DNA of 64,000 nucleotides from Candidatus Poriferihabitaceae bacterium (GTDB lineage Bacteria; Pseudomonadota; Gammaproteobacteria; Arenicellales; Poriferihabitantaceae): NCBI GenBank assembly GCA_965249835.1, contig CBDFMY010000003.1, positions 737,979 to 801,978 of the forward strand, read 5' to 3'. Shown piece by piece: positions 55,062 to 64,000 of this stretch (position 1 is its first letter; each line of letters starts with the position of its first letter). The notes under the pieces were generated by a model. It saw only the letters and a program-made list of their open reading frames with translations, ran no database searches and was not told where the DNA came from. The position numbers and the translations under genes were made by a program.

Positions 55062-55319
55062 TCAGTGGGGCGAATTCGCCTCACCGATGAGAATGTAGCG
55101 GGTGCCGCAGTAGGGGCAGGTTTGTTTGCCGCCGTCTTCAATGGGCAGATACACTTTTGGATGGGAATCCCACAGGCGTTTGCCGGGCATGGGACAGTGC
55201 AGCGGTAGATCATCGGCGCTGACTTCAACCCGCTGATTGACATTCGGCGTGTCCGCCTCCAACGAGGCCGGCGCGCGCGAAAACTTGTCGGGGACGTTCG
55301 GTTTTTTATTCTCAGACAT
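55062..55319 (-). CDS. Small zinc-finger domain protein
   Basis: The 85-aa ORF contains LHCPMPG...CPYCGTRY, a CxxxxG...CxxC pattern. Confidence 0.6.
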   Translation of the reverse strand: MSENKKPNVPDKFSRAPASLEADTPNVNQRVEVSADDLPLHCPMPGKRLWDSHPKVYLPIEDGGKQTCPYCGTRYILIGEANSPH

Positions 55320-56232
55320 AGGTCAGCCAGGCTTCGTATTCCGGTATGCGGCCATGCACCGCATCGAAGAAACGACTTTGAATTTTTTCCGTTATTGGGC
55401 CGCGGCCGCCAGTGCCAATTTGACGATTATCCAATTCTCGAATTGGCGTCACCTCAGCGGCGGTGCCGGTAAAGAAGGCTTCATCACAAATATAAATTTC
55501 ATCCCGGGTGATGCGTTTTTCAACCAGTTGCAGACCTTCATCGGCAATAATTTGCGCGACGGTCTTGCGGGTGATGCCGTCCAATGCCGAGGTCAGGTCC
55601 GGGGTAAACACCACATTGTCGCGAATGATAAAAATATTTTCGCCGCTACCTTCCATGACGAAACCGTTGGTGTCGAGCAACAGGGCTTCGTCGTAGCCGG
55701 TTTCAATTGCCTCCCGCAAAGCTAGCATGGAATTAATGTAATGACCATTCGCTTTAGCCCGGCACATACTGGTGTTCACGTGGTGCCGAGCATAAGAAGA
55801 GACGCGCACGCGGATGCCATTGGCAAGATTATCGTCACCCAAATAGGCGCCCCAATGCCATGCGGCAATGATGAGATGCACTTTCAAATTGTCGGCGCGC
55901 AGGCCCATGCCTTCGGAGCCGTAGAACACCATCGGCCGTAAATATCCTGATTCCAGATTATTTTGTTTAATCGAGTCAATCTGAGCCTGGAAAACCGTAT
56001 CGGCATCGAATGGGATTTTCATGCCCAGAATATGCGCCGAACGAAACAATCGCTGAGTATGTTCGGCCAATCGAAAAATAGCGGTGCCTTGTTGCGCTTT
56101 ATAGGCACGCACGCCTTCGAATACCCCCATACCATAATGCAGGGTGTGGGTCAGGACATGCACCTTGGCTTCGCGCCACGGCAGCATTTTTCCATCCATC
56201 CATATCACACCATCACGATCACTGAACGACAT
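55312..56232 (-). CDS. ilvE: Branched-chain amino acid aminotransferase
   Basis: The 306-aa ORF begins WMDGKMLPWREAKVHVLTHTLHYGMGVFEGVRAY and contains GENIFII and GITR motifs. Confidence 0.92.
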   Translation of the reverse strand: MSFSDRDGVIWMDGKMLPWREAKVHVLTHTLHYGMGVFEGVRAYKAQQGTAIFRLAEHTQRLFRSAHILGMKIPFDADTVFQAQIDSIKQNNLESGYLRPMVFYGSEGMGLRADNLKVHLIIAAWHWGAYLGDDNLANGIRVRVSSYARHHVNTSMCRAKANGHYINSMLALREAIETGYDEALLLDTNGFVMEGSGENIFIIRDNVVFTPDLTSALDGITRKTVAQIIADEGLQLVEKRITRDEIYICDEAFFTGTAAEVTPIRELDNRQIGTGGRGPITEKIQSRFFDAVHGRIPEYEAWLTYV

Positions 56233-56289
56233 TTTGATTATCTCCGCTAAAAAAAGTTTCCCGAGGGTTAATTATATCGCCGCATTGTA

Positions 56290-56690
56290 TCAAAAAATGA
56301 TAGCGGCTAACGCCGCTGAGTTTTTTAACTGGATTATCCGGAACAAGCCGGGCAATAACGAATGATAGGTAATGGTGAACTGAAAGGACAAAAGCGCGTT
56401 GAGAAGCCAAAGCACATTGAGAATGTACGCCGAACTATTAGTATCATTACGCAAGCGTGACTCACCGGGCGGCTTGCGCCGCCACCTGGATCCCCGCCTA
56501 CCGGCGAGGATGACGAATGATAGGTAATGGTGAATCGAGAAGTGTGACTTTCTTTGAGACGCCAAAAGTAAACGAGAATAAGGAGTTCGGCTCTCGCGTC
56601 CTGCTCCGCCGAACTACCCGCCATCCCTGGCGATAAACTGGATTCCCCGCAGGCGTGGTTTCAGGTTAAAATTAGCGCGAGCGAAGCGAC
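56290..56690. repeat. Mosaic intergenic repeat block
   Basis: It contains the reverse complement of gtcattgcccggcttgttccgggcaatccagtt..cagcggcgttagccgctatc, two aatgataggtaatggtgaa modules, and ctggatccccgcctaccggcgaggatgacgaat. Confidence 0.85.
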
Positions 56691-56699
56691 AGGCAACCA

Positions 56700-57860
56700 G
56701 TGAAAATTGCGACTTTTTCCAGCATTGACGACATTGACGCGGGTCAATGGAATGCACTGGTGCGCGGTCGCTACCCGTTTTTGCAACACGGGTTTTTGTC
56801 CGCTATGGAACGGCACGGATGCGTCGGTGCGCACGCCGGCTGGATTCCGCGACACCTCGGATGCTTTGACGGCGACACGCTGGTGGGTGCCATGCCGTTG
56901 TATGAAAAGCATAATTCGTGGGGCGAGTTCGTGTTTGACCACGCCTGGGCGGAGGCGTATCGAAACGCCGGCATCGAGTATTACCCGAAACTGGTCAACG
57001 CGATTCCGTTCACGCCCGCATCCGGTCAGCGGCTGCTGTCACGCAAAGCCGGCGGCGCGGAAATAGTTCGGCATCTGCTGGATGGTGCGCGGGCGTTGAT
57101 GGAGCAAGGTGGTTTCAGCGGTGTTCACAGCCTGTTCGTCGATGCCGAAGAATTTGAATTATTGAACATTGATGACGCGGTGTCGCGAACCGATTGTCAG
57201 TTCCATTGGCACAACCGAAACTATCATAACTTTGATGAATTTCTCGGCACGCTCAAAGCGAAAAAGCGCAAGAACATTCGCCGCGAGAAGGCGCGGGTGG
57301 CGCAATCAGGAGCCATCATCCGCCGCCTTGATGGGCACACCGCCACGTGCGCGGACTGGCGCGATTTCAGCGCCATGTATCGCGGAATCTACCAGCGCAA
57401 ATATGGCTACCCGGCATTCAATGAAGAGTTTTTTGTCGAGGTGGCGGCGCATATTCCGGATCAGATTCAACTGGTAATGGTGCATACCAAAGACCACGGA
57501 GGGGTAGCCGGCGAAGCAATTGCCGGCGCGCTGATGTATCTGGATGACCATACCTTGTATGGCCGCCACTGGGGATGTCGCGGCTATCTCGACTGCTTGC
57601 ATTTTGAAGTCTGTTATTATCAGGGAATTGAGATTTGCATTGAGCGTGGCTTGCAACGATTCGACCCCGGTGCCCAGGGCGAACACAAAATCGCGCGCGG
57701 GTTCACGCCGACACGCACGCGCTCGTTGCACTGGATGGCGCACAGCCCGTTCACTCGGGCGATTCGGCAATTCGCCGGCGCGGAACGCTTGGGCATTCAG
57801 GCATACATCAACGCGGTGCGACAACATTCGCCCTATCATCAAAACGACGCAGGCCGATGA
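56700..57860 (+). CDS. FemAB-like/GNAT-fold protein (COG3146, DUF482-type)
   Basis: The 386-aa ORF has a GTG start and contains PFLQHGFLSAMERHGCVG...GW.P.HL. The family resemblance is from memory only. Confidence 0.55.
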   Translation: MKIATFSSIDDIDAGQWNALVRGRYPFLQHGFLSAMERHGCVGAHAGWIPRHLGCFDGDTLVGAMPLYEKHNSWGEFVFDHAWAEAYRNAGIEYYPKLVNAIPFTPASGQRLLSRKAGGAEIVRHLLDGARALMEQGGFSGVHSLFVDAEEFELLNIDDAVSRTDCQFHWHNRNYHNFDEFLGTLKAKKRKNIRREKARVAQSGAIIRRLDGHTATCADWRDFSAMYRGIYQRKYGYPAFNEEFFVEVAAHIPDQIQLVMVHTKDHGGVAGEAIAGALMYLDDHTLYGRHWGCRGYLDCLHFEVCYYQGIEICIERGLQRFDPGAQGEHKIARGFTPTRTRSLHWMAHSPFTRAIRQFAGAERLGIQAYINAVRQHSPYHQNDAGR

Positions 57861-57902
57861 TGCGAATGGATACCTGTCATCGACCGGCCGGCGGAGTCTG
57901 AA

Positions 57903-58667
57903 ATGCTCGGCTCAATGAAACTCAAAGTCGGACGCTGGATTGCGGACTATCTCACCGCGCCGATTCCCAACTACCAGCCGTTTTGCACCTACGATGTGCC
58001 GCAACTGGAATCGTGCCTGCAACCGGCCGACATATTATTGGTGGAAGGCGACTCCCGAATCAGCACCGCGATTAAATATCTGACCCAGTCGACCTGGTCT
58101 CACGCTGCGTTTTATGCCGGACCCGACACCAAAAAATTCACCGAAGACGGCGAACCGTGTCCGCTAATCGAAGCCGAAATTACCAACGGCGTAATCGCCT
58201 CGCCATTGTCACGGTATCGCGATTTCAACACGCGCATCTGCCGGCCGGTTAACCTCAGCGAGCGCGACCGCAACACCGTGGTCAAGCGCATGATTGAAAG
58301 CGTTGGCTTGCACTACGACCTCCAGCACATCTTCGATCTGGCGCGCTATCTGTTGCCGACCCCGCCGGTGCCGGTGAAACTCAGGCGGCGGATGCTGGCG
58401 TTCGGCAGCGGCGACCCAACCAAAGCGATTTGCTCCACTCTGATCGCCGAGACTTTTCAGTCGATTCATTATCCGATTTTGCCAACGGTGGAGAAAAAAA
58501 CCATCCTGTCCAAATACCATTACAGCGTGCGGGAAATTTTGCACATCCGTCATCACAGTTTGTTCACCCCGCGCGACTTCGATGTATCGCCCTACTTCAA
58601 GGTAATCAAGCCCACCATCGCAAGCGGCTTTGACTACCGCACGCTCAAGTTCGGCGAGCCGCAATGA
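57903..58667 (+). CDS. YiiX-like permuted papain-fold (C92/NlpC-P60 superfamily) protein
   Basis: The 254-aa ORF contains ADILLVEGDSRISTAIKYLTQSTWSHAAFY and a later ICSTLIAE cysteine. Confidence 0.5.
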   Translation: MLGSMKLKVGRWIADYLTAPIPNYQPFCTYDVPQLESCLQPADILLVEGDSRISTAIKYLTQSTWSHAAFYAGPDTKKFTEDGEPCPLIEAEITNGVIASPLSRYRDFNTRICRPVNLSERDRNTVVKRMIESVGLHYDLQHIFDLARYLLPTPPVPVKLRRRMLAFGSGDPTKAICSTLIAETFQSIHYPILPTVEKKTILSKYHYSVREILHIRHHSLFTPRDFDVSPYFKVIKPTIASGFDYRTLKFGEPQ

Positions 58668-59269
58668 ATAACAAAGCCGAGATGGATCAACCACCCGCGG
58701 TAATCATTCTCTCTGCTCCCTCCGGCGCCGGCAAAACCAGCCTCGCGCGCAAACTGGTGGAGTGCCGTTCGGATGCGGCGTTGACGGTGTCGCACACCAC
58801 CCGGTCACAACGCCCCGGCGAACAACATGGCGTGGACTATTATTTCGTGAACAAAGCCGAGTTTGAAGCGATGATTGCGCACAACCGCTTCATCGAACAC
58901 GCCACCGTGTTCGGCAACCATTACGGCACTTCCACCGACGCCATTGAGAGGCTGAGCGCCCGCGGCAAACATGCGATTTTGGAAATTGATTGGCAGGGCG
59001 CGCGCATGGTGCGCCGGAAATTCCCCGAAGCGCGCTCGGTGTTTATCATGCCGCCGTCGCTTGCGGCACTGGAAGAGCGGTTGCGCTCAAGACGGCAGGA
59101 CACCGATGAGGTAATCAAACAGCGCATGCGTGCGGCGCGGAATGAAATGAGCCACAAGGACGAGTATGATTACCTGATCGTCAACGACCAGTTCGATCAG
59201 GCGTTTGCCCGGCTGGAGGCGATTTTGCCGCCCGTGCCGGAGATGGATACGGCGGACTTTGCCATTTAA
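58664..59269 (+). CDS. gmk: Guanylate kinase
   Basis: The protein contains [32 protein letters not shown] and GNHYGTS. Confidence 0.93.
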   Translation: MNNKAEMDQPPAVIILSAPSGAGKTSLARKLVECRSDAALTVSHTTRSQRPGEQHGVDYYFVNKAEFEAMIAHNRFIEHATVFGNHYGTSTDAIERLSARGKHAILEIDWQGARMVRRKFPEARSVFIMPPSLAALEERLRSRRQDTDEVIKQRMRAARNEMSHKDEYDYLIVNDQFDQAFARLEAILPPVPEMDTADFAI

Positions 59270-59345
59270 GGATATAATCCCCGGCGTATTGAATCGTTTG
59301 GTCTCGTTTGTTTTTTATGTTTTATTCTTTAATGAGGAGTTTTCC

Positions 59346-59684
59346 ATGGCCCGTGTAACCGTAACCGACTGTCTCAAACACGTCGATAACCGCTTCCAGT
59401 TGGTATTGGTCGCCGCCAAACGCACGCGGCAGTTGATTTATGGCGCCGAACCGCTGGTCGAGCGGGAACACGACAAGCCGACGGTGCTGGCGTTGCGTGA
59501 AATCGCCGAGGGGCTGATCGGGCCATCCATTCTGGATGAGGAAGTCGCGATTCCGGAATTGAGTTTTGATGAGGGTGGCGAGCCGACTGAATCGGATGAC
59601 GACGCTGGTAACCCTGACGTAAAGGCAGACAGCGACGAACAGAATGATACCGCTGAGCCACCGGTGGAAACGGGCCCCGCCTGA
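59346..59684 (+). CDS. rpoZ: DNA-directed RNA polymerase subunit omega
   Basis: The protein reads [31 protein letters not shown] chose the start at the ATG at 59346 within track ORF 59205-59684. Confidence 0.92.
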   Translation: MARVTVTDCLKHVDNRFQLVLVAAKRTRQLIYGAEPLVEREHDKPTVLALREIAEGLIGPSILDEEVAIPELSFDEGGEPTESDDDAGNPDVKADSDEQNDTAEPPVETGPA

Positions 59685-61884
59685 ATCTTCTGCGCCGTCT
59701 CCCGAACCGGCCGGCGCATCGGCGCGAAGGTCCAAGGCGGCCGGGCGCAAATTGCGCACCGCTGACCTGCTGGAACATCTCGGCACCTATCTTGGTGCCG
59801 AAGCCGTAGCCAACATCGACGACGCTTGCCGCTTCGGTGCCGAAGCCCACGCCGGACAAACCAGGGAAAGCGGCGAAGCCTACATCCATCATCCACTGGC
59901 GGTGGCGCACATCCTCGGCGAGATGCGCATGGACAGCCGCACCATCATCGCCGCCGTGTTGCACGATGTAGTGGAGGACACCGACATCACGCTGGCGGCA
60001 CTGGCCGAGCGTTTCGGCGATGACATCGCCGAACTGGTGGACGGAGTGAGCAAGGTCAGCCTGCTGGAGCAGGAGTCGGCGAGCGGCGACAAGCAACACG
60101 CCGAGGCCGCTTCGTTCCGAAAAATGTTCATGGCCACGGCAAAGGATCTTCGCGTCATCATCATCAAACTGTGCGACCGCCTGCACAACATGCGCACGCT
60201 GGAGCCGCTTCGCGAAGAGAAGAAACGTCGGGTCGCGCGCCAGACGCTGGAGATTTACGCGCCCATCGCCAACCGCCTCGGCATGCGCGACCTGGCGCAA
60301 AAACTCGAAGACTTAAGCCTGCGCAGCCTCTACCCGAAAAGATACCACGTCATTTCCAAAAAACTCAACAGCAAAAAGCGCGGGCGCAAATCCGTGGTCA
60401 AGGAGGTATGCGGCAAGATTCAGCAGGAACTGGAAAGAGCCGGCATCGCGGTTCAGGTGTCGGGGCGGGAAAAAGACACCTACAGCATCTACCGCAAGAT
60501 GCAGCAGAAAAAATTGCTGCTGCGGGATGTGCAGGACATCAACGCCATTCGCATCATCACCGAGACCCGTCCGCAGTGCTACCACGCGCTGGGGGTTATT
60601 CACCAGTTATATAAACCGCGACCGGAGAGTTTCAAGGACTATGTCGCCATGCCCAAAGTGAACGGCTATCAGTCATTGCACACCGTGGTGATTGGTCCGT
60701 TCGGGCAGTCGGTGGAAGTGCAGATTCGCAGTCAGGCGATGCATCGGGTGGCGGAAAAAGGAGTCGCTTCTCATTGGCTGTATAAAACTGAAACCACCGG
60801 TGAGCACGCGCCGCAGCAGTTGGCGCAGAAGTGGCTCAGCAGTTTCCTCGAGTCGCAGCAAAAATCGCTGGATTCGGGGGAGTTTCTCGAACACCTCAAG
60901 GCCGATTTGTTTCCCGATGAGGTATATGTTTTCACGCCCAAGGGCGACATCAAGCGTCTGCCGCGGGGCGCCACGGCGTTGGATTTTTCATATGCAGTGC
61001 ACACCGGCGTCGGCAACCGCAGCATCGGCGTGCGCATCAATCAACAAATGGTGCCGCTGCACCAAACGCTGAACAACGGCGACCACATCGAGATCGTTAC
61101 TTCGCGCAGTGCGCGACCGCTACCGGCGTGGCTGGATTACGCGGTGACTTCCAAGGCGCGCGCTTCCATCCGGCATTTTCTCAACCAGCAAAAGGACAAG
61201 GAATCCCTGAAACTCGGCGGCAAATTGCTGAAGCAGGCGCTGGCGAAACAGGGCTATCGGCGCATGCGTATTCCCAGCACCCACAAGGTCGCCCTGCTGC
61301 AGCATCTGCAAATGGATGACTGGACGCAATTGCTGCGCGACATCGGTTTCGGCAAGCGACTGCCGACGCTGGTGGCGAAGCAACTGGTCGCCGAGACGCA
61401 AAGTGCCGGCGACCATGCCGAGTCGGGCGGCGACAAATCAACCGCGGCGGTCATGACCATTGAAGGCACCGAGCGATTGCTGGTTACCTACGCCAATTGC
61501 TGCCATCCGATTCCCGGCGACAACATCATCGGCACCATGACCAGTGGCCGGGGGCTGGTGGTGCATCGTTCCAACTGCCCCAACTGTCGGGAAATCATGC
61601 GCCATCCGGACAACTATTTTCACCTCGCGTGGTCGGAGTCCACTCAGGGTAAATTTCAAGTGATGATCAAAATGGAAACCCATAACGAGCCCGGCGTGCT
61701 GGCTTCGGTCAGCAACATCATCGCCGAGCACGAATCCAACATCAACAATCTTCAGGTTGACCCGCGGCATCACAACACCTCGGCAATGTCTTTCATCATC
61801 GAAGTAACCGAGCGCAAACATCTGGCCGACATCATGCGTCAGTTGCGCGGCGCAAAATCGGTGATTAGTCTGTCGCGTGCTTGA
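59644..61884 (+). CDS. spoT: Bifunctional (p)ppGpp synthetase/hydrolase SpoT/RelA family
   Basis: The protein has an HD domain ([28 protein letters not shown]), a synthetase domain (YRSLHTVV-type GYQSLHTVV), and TGS and ACT domains. The true start may be downstream of 59644, since this ATG overlaps rpoZ by 41 nt. Confidence 0.9.
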   Translation: MIPLSHRWKRAPPESSAPSPEPAGASARRSKAAGRKLRTADLLEHLGTYLGAEAVANIDDACRFGAEAHAGQTRESGEAYIHHPLAVAHILGEMRMDSRTIIAAVLHDVVEDTDITLAALAERFGDDIAELVDGVSKVSLLEQESASGDKQHAEAASFRKMFMATAKDLRVIIIKLCDRLHNMRTLEPLREEKKRRVARQTLEIYAPIANRLGMRDLAQKLEDLSLRSLYPKRYHVISKKLNSKKRGRKSVVKEVCGKIQQELERAGIAVQVSGREKDTYSIYRKMQQKKLLLRDVQDINAIRIITETRPQCYHALGVIHQLYKPRPESFKDYVAMPKVNGYQSLHTVVIGPFGQSVEVQIRSQAMHRVAEKGVASHWLYKTETTGEHAPQQLAQKWLSSFLESQQKSLDSGEFLEHLKADLFPDEVYVFTPKGDIKRLPRGATALDFSYAVHTGVGNRSIGVRINQQMVPLHQTLNNGDHIEIVTSRSARPLPAWLDYAVTSKARASIRHFLNQQKDKESLKLGGKLLKQALAKQGYRRMRIPSTHKVALLQHLQMDDWTQLLRDIGFGKRLPTLVAKQLVAETQSAGDHAESGGDKSTAAVMTIEGTERLLVTYANCCHPIPGDNIIGTMTSGRGLVVHRSNCPNCREIMRHPDNYFHLAWSESTQGKFQVMIKMETHNEPGVLASVSNIIAEHESNINNLQVDPRHHNTSAMSFIIEVTERKHLADIMRQLRGAKSVISLSRA

Positions 61885-61913
61885 ACCGAATCGCTAGTCG
61901 CCAACTATCGCCC

Positions 61914-62408
61914 ATGTCCTCGTCTATTTCTGTGTGTCGCGTATTGTTCGTCTGCCTCGGCAACATCTGCCGCTCGCCCACGGCGCAAGGCGTGTTCCGC
62001 AAAACCGTCCAATCCCGCGGGCTGGATGCGAGATTTGAAATCGACTCCGCCGCAACCGGCGATTGGCACATCGGCTCGCCCCCCGACCAGCGCGCGCGCC
62101 GCGCCGCCGCTCGTCGCGGTGTTGATTTGGACGATTTACGGGCGAGACAAACCAGCGCCGCCGACATGGCCGCGTTTGATTACCTCATCGCCATGGACCG
62201 CGACAACTACGCCGACTTGCAACGCCTGGCCGGCGCGCAGCACCAACACAAGGTTCACCTGTTTCTTTCGTTCAGCCCGGGCGCGGGGCGCGATGAAGTG
62301 CCGGATCCGTATTACGGCGGCGAGCATGGATTCGATCAGGCGCTGGATTTAATCGAGCGCGCCAGTGGCGACTTGCTCGACCACATCATCAAGGCGCAAC
62401 AAAAATGA
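61914..62408 (+). CDS. Low-molecular-weight protein-tyrosine phosphatase
   Basis: The protein contains VLFVCLGNICRSP (a CX5R(S/T) P-loop) and a DPYY motif. I chose the ATG at 61914. Confidence 0.88.
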   Translation: MSSSISVCRVLFVCLGNICRSPTAQGVFRKTVQSRGLDARFEIDSAATGDWHIGSPPDQRARRAAARRGVDLDDLRARQTSAADMAAFDYLIAMDRDNYADLQRLAGAQHQHKVHLFLSFSPGAGRDEVPDPYYGGEHGFDQALDLIERASGDLLDHIIKAQQK

Positions 62409-62896
62409 CCTCGCGCCGGCACATTCGTATTGACCTGCCGACACAAACCCTGACGCTGCTGGATGCGCACGGTGATGCGCTGGCGCGATACGATATTTCC
62501 AGCGCGGCAAACGGCGCCGGCGAGATTATGCACAGCGAATGTACGCCCCGAGGCAAGCATGTGATTCGCGCAAAAATCGGAGACGGCGCGCCGCAGGGCA
62601 GCGTGTTTGTCGGGCGGCGAGCAACCGGCGAGCGATTTGAACCGCAATTGCGCGCCGCCGCGCCGCAGCGGGACTGGATCTTGACGCGCATCCTGTGGCT
62701 GAGCGGCATCGAGGTCGGATTCAACCGCCTCGGCGCCCTCGACAGCATGCGTCGTTACATCTACATTCACGGTGCGCCCGATGATGTGGAAATGGGCAAG
62801 CCGGGCTCGCGTGGCTGCATTCGAATGCGCAACCGCGATGTGGTGGAATTGTTCGAACTCGTGACGGTGGGTATGCCGGTGGACATTCACGCCTGA
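62405..62896 (+). CDS. L,D-transpeptidase (YkuD) domain protein
   Basis: The protein contains IYIHGAPD...GKPGSRGCIRMRNRDV, the HxxxxxxxxSxGCIR catalytic motif. It has an ATGA overlap with the preceding gene. Confidence 0.85.
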   Translation: MTSRRHIRIDLPTQTLTLLDAHGDALARYDISSAANGAGEIMHSECTPRGKHVIRAKIGDGAPQGSVFVGRRATGERFEPQLRAAAPQRDWILTRILWLSGIEVGFNRLGALDSMRRYIYIHGAPDDVEMGKPGSRGCIRMRNRDVVELFELVTVGMPVDIHA

Positions 62897-62928
62897 CATT
62901 CACGCGACATTCCGCGACAATCATTAAC

Positions 62929-63978
62929 ATGACATCGCCCGCTGAATTACCCCTTGGCCCGCTGATGGTTGACCTCGGCGGCGAAACTTTGACAACGCAC
63001 GAGAGCGATTTCTTGCGCCACCCGGCGGTGGGCGCGGTGATTTTGTTCGACCGCAATTACCGCAACAAGGCGCAGGTGCGCACGCTGACCGAAGCAATCA
63101 AAGCACTCCGCTCGCCCGCGCTACTGGTGGCGGTGGATCAGGAAGGCGGACGCGTGCAACGCTTCCGCGAAGGATTTCATCGGCTGCCCGCCGCCGCGCG
63201 CATCGGCGAACTATACGACCGCGACCGTGCGCACGGTATTGCCGTAGCCCAAGCCGTCGGGGAATTGATGGCGCGTGAAGTGCGGGAAGTTGGCGTGGAT
63301 TTCAGTTTTGCGCCGGTGCTGGATTGCCAACCTCCGCGCAGCCGCCCGCGCAACCATGTAATCGGCGCGCGCGCGTTTCACCATAACCCCGCAATCATTT
63401 GCGAACTGGCCGATGCGTATATCACCGGCATGAATCGCGCCGGCATGTCCGCCACCGGTAAACACTTCCCCGGACACGGCGGCGTCAGTGCCGACTCCCA
63501 CCAGCAAACGCCGGTGGATACGCGCACCTTTGCCGAGATTGAGGCGCACGATCTTTTGCCTTTCGCCGGCCTCGCCAACCGATTGGGCGGCATCATGACC
63601 GCGCATGTGCTGTTCGAGCGCATTCACGAACAACTGCCGACCTACGCATTGTTTTGGTTGAAGGGAATCTTGCGAAAAAAACTCAACTTTGACGGGGTGA
63701 TTTTCAGCGATGACTTGAGCATGAAAGGCGCCGACACCGAGGGCGATATTCCATCGAGATGCGTGGCTGCGCTCACCGCCGGCTGCGATATGACGCTGAT
63801 TTGCAACGACCCCGACGGTGCGCGCCGGGCGGCAGAGCACCTTGCGGACGATTATCCCTGCAATCAAACGCGTTTGCTATCGATGATAGAAAAAGTGAAT
63901 ACGCAACCCGACCCGGTGATGCTTGCGCAACTGGCAAATGAATTGGCGAGCACATTGAGACAATATTCGCCAACATGA
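62929..63978 (+). CDS. nagZ: Beta-N-acetylhexosaminidase
   Basis: The protein contains GVILFDRNY, VAVDQEGGRVQRF, KHFPGHG and IFSDDLSM, which is GH3 NagZ. Confidence 0.92.
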   Translation: MTSPAELPLGPLMVDLGGETLTTHESDFLRHPAVGAVILFDRNYRNKAQVRTLTEAIKALRSPALLVAVDQEGGRVQRFREGFHRLPAAARIGELYDRDRAHGIAVAQAVGELMAREVREVGVDFSFAPVLDCQPPRSRPRNHVIGARAFHHNPAIICELADAYITGMNRAGMSATGKHFPGHGGVSADSHQQTPVDTRTFAEIEAHDLLPFAGLANRLGGIMTAHVLFERIHEQLPTYALFWLKGILRKKLNFDGVIFSDDLSMKGADTEGDIPSRCVAALTAGCDMTLICNDPDGARRAAEHLADDYPCNQTRLLSMIEKVNTQPDPVMLAQLANELASTLRQYSPT

Positions 63979-64000
63979 CATTCTGCTTGCGCCGAGTTTT

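Noticed and set aside
59374-60300. A 308-aa minus-strand ORF, along with other long antisense ORFs at 6802-7842, 36293-37384, 40284-41195 and 26055-26984.
   Set aside because: All of them lie opposite strongly supported genes (spoT/rpoZ, tig, the beta-propeller gene, nrdJa, pyk) and have wrong-strand composition.

Overview
The window looks like a chromosomal segment of a moderately GC-rich, Gammaproteobacteria-like genome, judged by eye from gene content and tRNA/tig/clpP synteny. It is probably a sulfur oxidiser. The backbone carries these genes:
- an AorABC-like tungsten aldehyde oxidoreductase operon (1-3289)
- tig-clpP preceded by five tRNAs
- htpG with a textbook sigma32 promoter
- tag, yggX, thpR and pyk
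- a minus-strand sulfur/copper redox cluster (30.2-38.7 kb): YeeE, a beta-propeller protein, SoxY, a SoxB-like protein, SoxZ, cytochrome c, DUF302, SCO1 and a thioredoxin-DUF255 protein
- a split class II ribonucleotide reductase (nrdJa/nrdJb) with tandem NrdR boxes
- an LPS-core/glycosyltransferase region (43-55 kb)
- ilvE, gmk-rpoZ-spoT, a low-molecular-weight tyrosine phosphatase, an L,D-transpeptidase and nagZ.

Accessory, AT-rich or rearranged material is interspersed with this backbone:
- a frameshifted IS30 element next to a rarD-like gene
- a 127-bp tandem repeat whose inverted copy brackets clpP-tig-tRNAs
- a mosaic hairpin-rich intergenic repeat family at five or more loci
- two tandem cassettes, each pairing an AT-rich small gene (a 3-TM protein or a HEPN-like protein) with a secreted Sel1-repeat/trypsin-like protease
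- an ATP-grasp/ATP-grasp/MFS operon
- an AT-rich ATPase plus small nuclease-like gene pair, inserted between direct repeats inside the LPS locus
- a Fic gene inserted between about 52-bp direct repeats
- a DUF3800 gene broken by a 20-bp tandem duplication
- long poly-G/C tracts (24, 14 and 7 nt) that put LPS kinase and glycosyltransferase genes out of frame.

The best candidates for an undescribed system are the ATPase + PD-(D/E)xK-like pair (47.4-49.4 kb) and the duplicated effector-like gene + Sel1-protease cassettes (15.1-20.7 kb). All functional calls come from reading the translations. No database search was possible.
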